IMG/VR virus record: IMGVR_UViG_3300035698_012088
Coordinates: 1-64,000 of that record
Source: a virus
Strand: one strand, 5' to 3'
Length of the DNA stretch: 64,000 nt
The position numbers were made by a program, and so were the translations under genes. Shown one piece after another: positions 18,466 through 27,321 of this stretch (within the stretch, counting starts at the first letter, position 1; every line of letters begins with the position of its first letter). The notes under the pieces were generated by a model that saw only the letters and a program-made list of their open reading frames with translations, was not told the origin of the DNA and searched no databases.

Positions 18466-18926
18466 ACAAAAGAGCTTATATAGAAGGATATTTGAGTAAG
18501 GAAGCTTCAGGGGATAACATGTTTACTGAAGATGCTGACATGACAAAACTGTTTGATGACTTCTCAAAGAACCCTAGAATCAAAATGTCTAAATTTATCC
18601 ACCCTATTTCTACTATACTTGGAGCAGGGCTGGGGACTTATGTAGGACATAGATGGAATAAACATGATCCCAGGAATGAAGATACTAAGAAAATGATTCT
18701 AGGAGGTACCGCTGGAGGTATGGCTGGATCATTTATAGGGTCCGTTGCCAAAGATAAAATGAGATGGCCCGAAGTAATAAACTTGATTAAGAATGTCAAG
18801 AACGTGCAGAAAAAGAGAAAACCTCTTAGAGCTATACTTGCTAGTCTGTTATCCGATGTAGCAGATTTAAAAGCAAGACCCGCTACTAAATTAACACCAG
18901 ATCCAGGTGATCTGTTGAATATATAG
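18462..18926 (+). CDS. Gly-zipper putative internal virion protein
   Basis: Leader AYIEGYLSKEAS; two GxxxG segments. Confidence 0.72.
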   Translation: MNKRAYIEGYLSKEASGDNMFTEDADMTKLFDDFSKNPRIKMSKFIHPISTILGAGLGTYVGHRWNKHDPRNEDTKKMILGGTAGGMAGSFIGSVAKDKMRWPEVINLIKNVKNVQKKRKPLRAILASLLSDVADLKARPATKLTPDPGDLLNI

Positions 18927-18971
18927 TGTTTAGCTTATAAATTAGTAAAGAAACTTTTATAGGAGATTAAA

Positions 18972-21128
18972 ATGCCTGAGAATTCCTTTGAACAAAAATT
19001 TGGGCAGCTTGTGGACAACCAGTTGAAGGAAAAAGTTCCTGGGCTGTTAGAATATCGTGTAGGCTTTCAAGTAATAGACAAGAATGAAGAAGAAACAAGA
19101 GCAGTAGGAGTCTCTGCTTTTATCGTTAATAATGTATGGGCATATATTCCTGTATTCTTCCTAGAGGGAGAGTTAAAAGGAATGGATCTCTTTTACCTTA
19201 AACAGAGCGATATCTTTGTTCCTTCTAGAGACAACTGGATTACTACCTTCAAAGAAAAGGGTTCCCAGACTTTAGGTAAATCTGTAGATATTGGTGAAGA
19301 CGATGAAGACGGAGAAAATATGGAGCAAGCATATGCTCCTGAATCTGTCTCTATTGAAGAAGGTCCCGATTCAAACATAGAGAAAGAATCTATGTCTGAT
19401 AGATTTGGGGCTAATGCTATAATCTCTATAGAAGATATGCAGAAGATGGCAGCAAGAGCTATGCAAGATGTAGACTTTGACTTTGCCTCTCAATTGACCA
19501 AATTGGGAGCAGATGCTCAGATTACTTTTGCGAACACTCTTATGCACAATGCAGAATTTGCCAATGCTGCCTTTTCAGTACATGATCCTTCAGAGTTACA
19601 AAAAATTGCTTCTGTAGTTAAAGAAGCTGCCATGTTACAAGAAGATGATGATATGGACGAGGTCTCAGTAACCTTTATTAGTAAGGTTGATTCAGCTGCG
19701 GCAAAGAGCCTAAAAGACTCAGAAAAGAAAGCTCTAGTCCAACAGGGAGTTTTTGTTAAGGATGAGAGGACTAACTTCTCAAAGGTCTTCCATACTCAAG
19801 TAGACTCAGATGTTGTAGAAAACCCCACTACTAGTGGAATCTATGATGTGTTTATGAGAGACGGGTCCTTTAGAACAATGCTAGTTCTTTTCATTGATAG
19901 TGGAGATGGTTCCTTCTGTTCCTATAAAAACAACACACCTGCCAAGAAGGTGGGCCTTGTTGATCTAAAGACACCCACCAAGTATTACAAGAGAGACAGT
20001 AACTCTGTATTCACTAGACCTCCAAGAGATCTAAAATCAGAAGTTGGTAAAAGTGTCAAAGCTGGAGTTAAAGCATCCAGAAGAGGAATTAGAGATAAGA
20101 AAGAATGGGATAGAGTTCTTTTATCTCAGGAAATGAAGTATTGTGTAGAAGCTAGAATAGATGACAAGTTTACTGATCCTGAAGGAAAGGTACAAGTTTA
20201 CTTAGCCAATGATAGTGTTTATACTCCCTATGATTCTCCTGCAATTATGGATGCCCCTACAAGTCTATATCTAGAGTTCACTGATGAAGAAGCAGGTAAA
20301 CTGTGTGTCTTCAGTGACAAGATTTATGTACCAAGTAATGCCAGAATGTTCTTCCCCTATGAGTGGAAAGAAGACAAGGACTTAGCTTTAGGTACTATAG
20401 AGACTGTATATAGAGTTATGTCTAAAGAAGCCTCTTTTGAACCAATGAGAATTTATGCTTCTGGGGGAACAGCTCAAATTGTTATTGGAGATTGTGATAC
20501 AGGCCTAGTAGAAAAAGAAGCTGCCCTAAAAACACTAGTCTTAGGTGCAGGTATCTATGCTGGCCAAGCACAACAACTTCTAAAGGAAGCTTCTAGAAAC
20601 AGCCACGGCGTTCTAGATATGTTCATTAAGTTAGCAGCTCCTTATGATGTAGATAAGTATCAAGGTTCACAGTTGAAGCCATTCCAAGGAGGTCCAGCAG
20701 CCAAAGAAGAAGACGCTGTATTGGAAGAAGAATCTACTACAGAAGGGAAGAAATTACTTCCTGCAGATGCTGTAGCTAAAGCAACTAAAGCCTCCAAGGC
20801 AGGAATCAAAGAAGTCTTTGACCTCTCTGTTTTACAAAGTCTAGTAGAAGTAGCTGATCTCTCCGAACTTAGAAAAGACTATATCTCTGATATGATTCAA
20901 GGTATGGATAAAGTTGGTAGAATGTTATTTCTATATTACTGGCACAATGATGAGTTCGAAGATAGATATGGAAAAGAGGACATGATACAGTTGGAAGAGA
21001 CATTGAAACAGGTATTTGTTAGTACTGGAGACTTAGTTCTATTCTTGAAAGAGAAGACAGCTTATAATCCAGATACAGCAGAGTCCCTCTTTGGTGATCT
21101 TTCAGAGGACGTCGCCGAGTCGGAATAA
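18972..21128 (+). CDS. Large head-module protein of unknown function (putative core/internal protein)
   Basis: AGGAGA RBS; about nine K-x-A/G/S motifs. Confidence 0.8.
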   Translation: MPENSFEQKFGQLVDNQLKEKVPGLLEYRVGFQVIDKNEEETRAVGVSAFIVNNVWAYIPVFFLEGELKGMDLFYLKQSDIFVPSRDNWITTFKEKGSQTLGKSVDIGEDDEDGENMEQAYAPESVSIEEGPDSNIEKESMSDRFGANAIISIEDMQKMAARAMQDVDFDFASQLTKLGADAQITFANTLMHNAEFANAAFSVHDPSELQKIASVVKEAAMLQEDDDMDEVSVTFISKVDSAAAKSLKDSEKKALVQQGVFVKDERTNFSKVFHTQVDSDVVENPTTSGIYDVFMRDGSFRTMLVLFIDSGDGSFCSYKNNTPAKKVGLVDLKTPTKYYKRDSNSVFTRPPRDLKSEVGKSVKAGVKASRRGIRDKKEWDRVLLSQEMKYCVEARIDDKFTDPEGKVQVYLANDSVYTPYDSPAIMDAPTSLYLEFTDEEAGKLCVFSDKIYVPSNARMFFPYEWKEDKDLALGTIETVYRVMSKEASFEPMRIYASGGTAQIVIGDCDTGLVEKEAALKTLVLGAGIYAGQAQQLLKEASRNSHGVLDMFIKLAAPYDVDKYQGSQLKPFQGGPAAKEEDAVLEEESTTEGKKLLPADAVAKATKASKAGIKEVFDLSVLQSLVEVADLSELRKDYISDMIQGMDKVGRMLFLYYWHNDEFEDRYGKEDMIQLEETLKQVFVSTGDLVLFLKEKTAYNPDTAESLFGDLSEDVAESE

Positions 21129-21973
21129 TGAACTTTACTCTACAGGACATAAGCCTGAAACCAGATTGGATGCAGTCTCCTTCTTGGAGATGGTGCACAT
21201 CTATGCACTTTTTGGCAGATCCCTCAACACCTTTAAAGAGTGTAAGTAAAGATAGATTTCTATTTACTGGTGCAAAGTTCTATAGAGATAGAAAGAAAGT
21301 TGATAAACAGTATACCTACTATAAGAGCAAGTTTCCTTATATAACTCCAGCCTTTGAGATCTATACACATAATAGAATGGATGGTTGGAGATGGTTTATT
21401 GAAGCTCTGTTGATGACACCTTTAACTGATGCTGAGATAGTTGATGCGTTGAAGATAAAGTGTTCACCAGAAGTGATCAAAGCTTATAGAAAACTGTTCT
21501 TCGATATAGATGCGTTTAGAGAATCCCCTGCAGCAGTGACAGCTAATATTTTAAGTACTAGTAGAGCAGCAGCAATGGACTTTAACAACTGCGACTATAC
21601 TTGGAAGATCTTTGCATATACCTGGGGAGCAGAAGCTTTCCTAGATCAGTTTAGTTGTAATAAGCAGAAGATCAATAAGAAATATAAGACTTGGTTTAAA
21701 GACTTAACTAATGATAGACTAACAGTTCACTCATTTCAGATAACCTCTGATTTGAGATTGATGTATAATAATCAAGCTATGGATGTTCTGAGACTAGCCA
21801 GAGAATACTGGACTATCCCCTCAGAGTCAATGGAAAAAGGCGAGAATATAGCTAAGCAAGATTTTGTGGATTCTATATTAGGACATGTAGATATGTGTCT
21901 AATGTCAGCATCAGAGAAACTGGGTTCAGTAGAAGCTAGACCAAACTTTAACTATGCTTTGTTAGATAAATGA
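21128..21973 (+). CDS. Hypothetical protein
   Basis: 281-aa coupled ORF. Confidence 0.8.
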   Translation: MNFTLQDISLKPDWMQSPSWRWCTSMHFLADPSTPLKSVSKDRFLFTGAKFYRDRKKVDKQYTYYKSKFPYITPAFEIYTHNRMDGWRWFIEALLMTPLTDAEIVDALKIKCSPEVIKAYRKLFFDIDAFRESPAAVTANILSTSRAAAMDFNNCDYTWKIFAYTWGAEAFLDQFSCNKQKINKKYKTWFKDLTNDRLTVHSFQITSDLRLMYNNQAMDVLRLAREYWTIPSESMEKGENIAKQDFVDSILGHVDMCLMSASEKLGSVEARPNFNYALLDK

Positions 21974-22002
21974 TTGTATACTTTTTAAAGTATAGGTATA
22001 TT
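21974..22002 (+). promoter_or_regulatory. Sigma70-like promoter
   Basis: Intergenic TTGTAT-17-TATATT. Confidence 0.55.
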
Positions 22003-22045
22003 ATTAGCAAAGGCATTTACTTTTAAGGATAGGTATTAACACATT

Positions 22046-23752
22046 ATGAATAAAATGACATCTAAAGAAGAAGCACAACTCATTAACGCAGTAGAGGAAT
22101 CTATTCTCGAAGCCAACAACGGTGCTTCTGCAAATGATGCAATTCAAAAGACAGCAGAGAAGTATGGACTAGGTCCTGCCCACATTGAAGCTATGGTTGG
22201 AGCATTTAATAAGTCTAAGTCTGTCCACATCATGAAAGAGGCTGAAGAAAAGGCCGCAACATTTGAGATAGCAGATGCTTCAGTAATTGTTAAAAATATC
22301 TATTCCCCTACAGAGCAGAAGGAAGCTTCCTTCTCTCTACCTTATAGAAACATGTCAACTATAGATATGGAATCTACAGGTACCCAAAAAGAAGCGATGC
22401 AGAAAGAAGCTGTTAGAAAGACTGTTAACTTAGTAGATAAACCTTGGAACCAACCTAAGACAAAAGCTTCTGTCCTCAGTATCCTAGACAAACAAGCTGC
22501 TTTCCAGAAGAGAGTGAAGATCGGTCTAGACAATGAAGCCAAGTATTCAAGACATAAGATGATTGAAGCTATAGACAAAGTAGCTGAAGAGTTACTCAGC
22601 TATTCTCCAAAACAATACAAGAAAACATGTCAGATGTTGGTTAATGGTTATTCAGGCACAGGTGCAACTCTTGTTAAATATGCTTCAGCCAAATGTAGAA
22701 AAGAACTCCCCAGCTTAGAGAAGACAGCTTCTGCTGTAGTGTTTCCTCCAAAGGAACCTTTCATTTCTGCTTTAGCTGCTCATGAGTTTGCTGAAAAGGT
22801 TGCCAAAGCAGAGAATGCTTTAAAGAGATTTGAGAAGGAGTCAGCAGATTCTTTTCTGCAAGACTTCTTAGCTAATGTATCAGCTGATTCACTGGCCAAG
22901 AAGAACCTATCTTACCAGGGCTTACATTCAATGCTTAGATCTGACCAACCTGATAAAAAAAAAATAGAAGATAATTTGAGTCCCGATATCTCTAACCAAT
23001 TAAGAGAGATTGAGACAACTAACCAATTCAGAGACTTAGCTCTCTACGACAACGATCTTAAAGAATACGACTTTGATTCACTTGTCACTGCCTTCAATAC
23101 CGCGAAGCAAGAAGTTCCCTCTGGTAATCAGCATATAGTCAAGAACCTTATGATGAGAAACCTAGAACAGGGTTCTGTTAGAGATCCATTTGAAATGGCT
23201 TCTTCAGCTACCTTAGAGAAGACCTTGAGTGAGATGCAGAACAAGAAGAAAGAATTTGCAATCAAGTCTCAAGAGCTAGGTAAACAAGCACCAACTGCCC
23301 CTTATACCTCTCCTGTTACTCCAGATGAAGGAATGGGAAGATCTATTTCTAAGATTCTTGGAAACAGAGCAGAAAATATTCTAAAGGGAGTACCCTCTGA
23401 TAAGGATAAACAAAGAGACGCTTTTGATAAAAAGAGAAATGACCCCGCACTTAAAGCAAAAGAAGACAGCATCAATGCTCAGTTTGCAGAAATGAACTTA
23501 AATGGCATGTCGGCCATTGGTGTAAGGCCAGATGAAGTTAGAGATATTATTGGGGCCGCATATGATGGTAAAGTAGACCCAGGGGTTCTAAAGACTGAAT
23601 TAGCGAATCACAAAAACGGTAGGGTAGAAGGTGGCTCTAAAATGGATAACGAATATAGGCCTAAACTAAGCAATGATGCGCTTCAGACTCCAGAAGGCCT
23701 GGCCATGGCATATGCAGCTATCTTAGAAATGAGTGATCAGAATCCTTACTAG
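22046..23752 (+). CDS. Head-module protein rich in K-x-A motifs (putative prohead core protein)
   Basis: Helical, with about 13 K-x-A/G/S motifs in the N-terminal half. Confidence 0.78.
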   Translation: MNKMTSKEEAQLINAVEESILEANNGASANDAIQKTAEKYGLGPAHIEAMVGAFNKSKSVHIMKEAEEKAATFEIADASVIVKNIYSPTEQKEASFSLPYRNMSTIDMESTGTQKEAMQKEAVRKTVNLVDKPWNQPKTKASVLSILDKQAAFQKRVKIGLDNEAKYSRHKMIEAIDKVAEELLSYSPKQYKKTCQMLVNGYSGTGATLVKYASAKCRKELPSLEKTASAVVFPPKEPFISALAAHEFAEKVAKAENALKRFEKESADSFLQDFLANVSADSLAKKNLSYQGLHSMLRSDQPDKKKIEDNLSPDISNQLREIETTNQFRDLALYDNDLKEYDFDSLVTAFNTAKQEVPSGNQHIVKNLMMRNLEQGSVRDPFEMASSATLEKTLSEMQNKKKEFAIKSQELGKQAPTAPYTSPVTPDEGMGRSISKILGNRAENILKGVPSDKDKQRDAFDKKRNDPALKAKEDSINAQFAEMNLNGMSAIGVRPDEVRDIIGAAYDGKVDPGVLKTELANHKNGRVEGGSKMDNEYRPKLSNDALQTPEGLAMAYAAILEMSDQNPY

Positions 23753-23760
23753 GAGAAATT

Positions 23761-25188
23761 ATGATATCCAAAAGAATAAGAGCAGGCTTCTGGAATAATG
23801 ATAGACCAGCTGCATCTCTGTTACATATCTATGCTAATAAAGGTTTTGATAAAGACCAACTGCAGAAGATAGCTTCAGCTATTAGTCTAACCTTTGAAGA
23901 TATTAAACCAGAGAAGGGTAGTTCATTTGTACACCTTATTACTACTGGTTCAGGAGAGTTCTACGGACCAAACAGTAATGCTGACTGGTTCAATGAATCT
24001 AACAGATCCTTTACTTTCTCTGAGGGGTTGTTCAAATCAGCTCAATTACAGGGAGGTTTGACTGGCTTCCATAAGACTTATAGAGAGTTTGGGGGAGTAT
24101 ATAGAAACCATAACAACAGTAAAAAAGGCTTTGATAAAGAAGGTGAGGTAGTCTGGGAAGGTTACAATGAACCTATGCATAGAGGGGAACTAGTAGTTAA
24201 ACTGAAGGATGACCTTTGGCATGATGACTTAGAGAAACTAGCCTCTGGTGAGCCAGTATTCTGGTCCCAAGGTTGTGGAGTACCTGAAGATATCTGTTCT
24301 ATCTGTGGCAATAGAGCCAAGACAAGGCAGAACTACTGTGAACATCTTAAGTATGCTAAGCTAGAAATGGATAAAGAGGGTCACCAGGTATTTGCCATCA
24401 ATGACAGACCCCACTTCCATGATATCTCTAGAGTTACAGTCCCTGCTGATAAGATTGCTTTTACTTTAGGAAAGATTGCTTCAGAAGGTGTAGATGAAAC
24501 TATCATGTTTGAGACAGATGATTCAGGGATGTACCTCCCCCTTAGTCTTATTAACAAGTTAGCATCTAGGAAAGAAGCTAGTAGAGCAGAGCTTATTTAT
24601 AAGTTAGCTAAGATAGAGAAAGAAGTAGACCTAAAACCTGAAGGGATGTTTAAAGACTTAGCAGAAGCCTTTGATCTTCCAGAAGGTACTGAGGATGAAA
24701 TTGTTGGAAAACTTAAGGATATTCCAGAAAATAAGCTGTTTTCTTCCCTTTCCAATAATAACAGCATGTTGACACCGAACAGTTTTATACGTATAGTAGT
24801 TAAAAGAGAACCTGAGGATTTCCCAGGTTTACCTAAAGAGTTAGAAAGTATCTTTTCAAACCTTAAGGATAATGGAGACCTAAACGAGTTAATGGAGGAT
24901 GGTAGTTATTCCTCTTGTGGTCGCGCAGATAGGAAGTCAGAAGAAAGTGTTAAAGGGTTGTCTGATAGCATCTCTCTTGATCCAGAGCCAGTAGAGCACA
25001 GAATCATAAAGATCTCTATAACTGGTGGAAAACAAAAAGAAATGGATAAAGAGTCTGCATCTTATGAACCTACTTCAGCAACTAGATACATAGCAAAAGA
25101 ATACGCTAAGTACCAGTTGTCGTTTTTAGCCAACAGTGGCAAAGAAGAAAATCTAAAGTATGCTGTGTTACAAAACAGAGTAGGCTAA
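23761..25188 (+). CDS. Prohead maturation protease
   Basis: NSNADWF, RNHN (candidate catalytic His), WSQGC (candidate catalytic Ser), CSICGN...YCEH Zn knuckle; lies upstream of scaffold and capsid. Confidence 0.78.
   Translation: MISKRIRAGFWNNDRPAASLLHIYANKGFDKDQLQKIASAISLTFEDIKPEKGSSFVHLITTGSGEFYGPNSNADWFNESNRSFTFSEGLFKSAQLQGGLTGFHKTYREFGGVYRNHNNSKKGFDKEGEVVWEGYNEPMHRGELVVKLKDDLWHDDLEKLASGEPVFWSQGCGVPEDICSICGNRAKTRQNYCEHLKYAKLEMDKEGHQVFAINDRPHFHDISRVTVPADKIAFTLGKIASEGVDETIMFETDDSGMYLPLSLINKLASRKEASRAELIYKLAKIEKEVDLKPEGMFKDLAEAFDLPEGTEDEIVGKLKDIPENKLFSSLSNNNSMLTPNSFIRIVVKREPEDFPGLPKELESIFSNLKDNGDLNELMEDGSYSSCGRADRKSEESVKGLSDSISLDPEPVEHRIIKISITGGKQKEMDKESASYEPTSATRYIAKEYAKYQLSFLANSGKEENLKYAVLQNRVG
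24769..24797 (+). promoter_or_regulatory. Near-consensus sigma70 promoter inside the protease gene
   Basis: TTGACA-17-TATAGT, about 400 nt upstream of the scaffold/capsid genes. Confidence 0.65.
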
Positions 25189-25195
25189 GGAGACA

Positions 25196-26335
25196 ATGAT
25201 GAGTAAGAAAATGAGTGTTGTAGACACCATGGAATTGATTGATCAGTTCCTCACACCTTTTTCAGAGAAAGAGGCTGCGGAGCAAGGAACCTCAAATCAG
25301 GATTCTGTCCAGATTAAAGACCTTGAAATGAATGATGATGTCTCTGCTGACCAGACTAATCTTGGTAAAGAGCAGAAGCAAGATGCCAAAGATGGTGGAA
25401 TGAACATCGAAGATCAGCCAGCTAACACTGATGCTGACAAAGAAGACGACTATGACAAAGAGACTCCCAAGAAATTGGATGTTGACCAAACTACAGTTGG
25501 TAACTCAGAGTCTATTGGTAATGTTCAAAAACAAGAGATCGGTATGGAACAGAAGACTGCAGAACTAGAAAAACTAGGTAATGCTGTACTCGCCTTCCTA
25601 GAGAAAGATCTCGTTCAGGAAAAAGAAGCTTCCCAATCAACAGACCCCGCAGATGAAATCCTTCAGAAATTAGCAGCTGTCTCAGCAGAGAAAGCCCAAG
25701 ATTTTTATGAAAGTCATTTACTAGGTCAGATTAAAAGACTTCAAGACACTGCAGAAGTTAGCTCTTTAGGTCTCGCACCTGAAGTCCTTAATAAGTATGG
25801 TGGAATTGATGGCCTTTTAGACAAAATGGCAATGGGAGAAGACCCCGCCATGCTGCCTGAAATGGGTTTAGAAGAAGGTCTCCCTCCAGCAGCTCCAGCT
25901 GAAGAAGCTCTAGGTCTCCCAGCTGAAGGCGCAATGCCAGCAGGTCCAGAAATGGGTGGAGAAATGGGTGGAGAAATGGGTGGAGAAATGGGTGGTGGAG
26001 AAGATCTTGAAGGTTTAGCAGCTCAGCTTGAAGAAGCTGGTGTTACTCCAGAAGACCTCCAGCAAGCTTTTGAAGATGTTGCAGCACTAGAAGAAGCAGG
26101 AGTTAATCCTGAAGAACTAGCCGCAGCTCTTGAAGAACTCAATGCAGAGGGTGGTGGAATGGAAGCAGGACCTGAAATGGTCGGTGCACCAGAAGCAATG
26201 CCTGAACCTGCCCCAGAAGAAGCTCCTATGGAATATCCAGAACCTGCCCCAGAAGCAGCTCCAGAAGAAATTCCTAAGCTTGCTGCTGACAGATCTAGAA
26301 TTGAAGCCATTAAGCAATACTTAAAGGACGTTTAA
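25196..26335 (+). CDS. Probable scaffolding protein
   Basis: Acidic, low complexity, between protease and capsid; several K-x-A motifs. Confidence 0.65.
   Translation: MMSKKMSVVDTMELIDQFLTPFSEKEAAEQGTSNQDSVQIKDLEMNDDVSADQTNLGKEQKQDAKDGGMNIEDQPANTDADKEDDYDKETPKKLDVDQTTVGNSESIGNVQKQEIGMEQKTAELEKLGNAVLAFLEKDLVQEKEASQSTDPADEILQKLAAVSAEKAQDFYESHLLGQIKRLQDTAEVSSLGLAPEVLNKYGGIDGLLDKMAMGEDPAMLPEMGLEEGLPPAAPAEEALGLPAEGAMPAGPEMGGEMGGEMGGEMGGGEDLEGLAAQLEEAGVTPEDLQQAFEDVAALEEAGVNPEELAAALEELNAEGGGMEAGPEMVGAPEAMPEPAPEEAPMEYPEPAPEAAPEEIPKLAADRSRIEAIKQYLKDV
25949..25996 (+). repeat. 4x 12-nt tandem repeat GAAATGGGTGG(A/T) encoding EMGG
   Basis: Directly visible. Confidence 0.85.
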
Positions 26336-26347
26336 GGAGAACTTATT

Positions 26348-26776
26348 ATGAGTACAGAAAATACTAAAAACGTTGCAGAATATGTTCAGAAAAGTGCTGC
26401 CCTGATTGATAGCCTCCAGAATCAAGTGACTGCTCTAGCCGCTGAAAAAGAAAATCTAGAGAAGTTGGCTGTTCAGGAAAAGGAAGCTTCGGCTCCCTCT
26501 ACCTTAGATACTGAGAAGGTTACTAAGACAGTTAGTGCATTAGTAAAAGCCGGTTTTGTTAAAGAAGCGGAGCAGGAGTTAGCAGTAGAGAAATTTACTA
26601 AAGACCCATCAACTGTTCTAAACTTTCTTAGCAAGGTGGCAGAGAGAGAAATAGAGGCTGCGGATCTCGCACCACTAGGACGTGCCAGTGATATGTCACA
26701 GAGTCCTGTTGCAGGTGTCCGTGAGTCAGATGAGGTTTTTGAAAGAACCTTTAGCAATTTAGCTACAAGAATTTAA
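26348..26776 (+). CDS. Small scaffold-like head protein
   Basis: AAGGAG RBS; coiled coil; five K-x-A motifs. Confidence 0.7.
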   Translation: MSTENTKNVAEYVQKSAALIDSLQNQVTALAAEKENLEKLAVQEKEASAPSTLDTEKVTKTVSALVKAGFVKEAEQELAVEKFTKDPSTVLNFLSKVAEREIEAADLAPLGRASDMSQSPVAGVRESDEVFERTFSNLATRI

Positions 26777-26788
26777 AGGAGATATACA

Positions 26789-27298
26789 ATGGGAACACTC
26801 ACTCCAGCACAATACTACGACAATGTTATCACTATTGTTAGTGGTAGTAATGGAATGCACGACCTTCAGTACAGAGCCGCTCCAGCAACTGGTGAAACAT
26901 TTGACAGAGGAAGTCTTGTTTCATTAGATGGTAGCGGAAACCTAATTGCAGGCTGTGCCGGTACCGCAATGCCAATGTGGGCATTAAACTCAGTAGATGA
27001 CTTCGATGTCAACGCAGATGTCGGAAACTTTTCAGGTGGGTTCATCGCCACTATTCCAGCCACAGGGGGCTATGAGATCTTTACTACCGAGTTTGACACT
27101 GGTGGTACTTATACTTATAACACACTGTTGACTGCCGCACTAACCACTGATGTTGGTTTAGTTACACCCGCCGCTGGCGCAAACTATAATGATTTGATCA
27201 TTGTTGGTATTGTAAGTCAAGGCGAGACCACAGGGATCTATGACCAAGCAATTCTTTATTTCTGGCCATTATTCATCCCAGCAATTGACATCACATAA
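26789..27298 (+). CDS. Probable head decoration/capsid stabilising protein
   Basis: Beta-rich 169-aa protein directly upstream of the capsid gene. Confidence 0.6.
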   Translation: MGTLTPAQYYDNVITIVSGSNGMHDLQYRAAPATGETFDRGSLVSLDGSGNLIAGCAGTAMPMWALNSVDDFDVNADVGNFSGGFIATIPATGGYEIFTTEFDTGGTYTYNTLLTAALTTDVGLVTPAAGANYNDLIIVGIVSQGETTGIYDQAILYFWPLFIPAIDIT

Positions 27299-27321
27299 AC
27301 AAGATATAAGGAGATTATACA

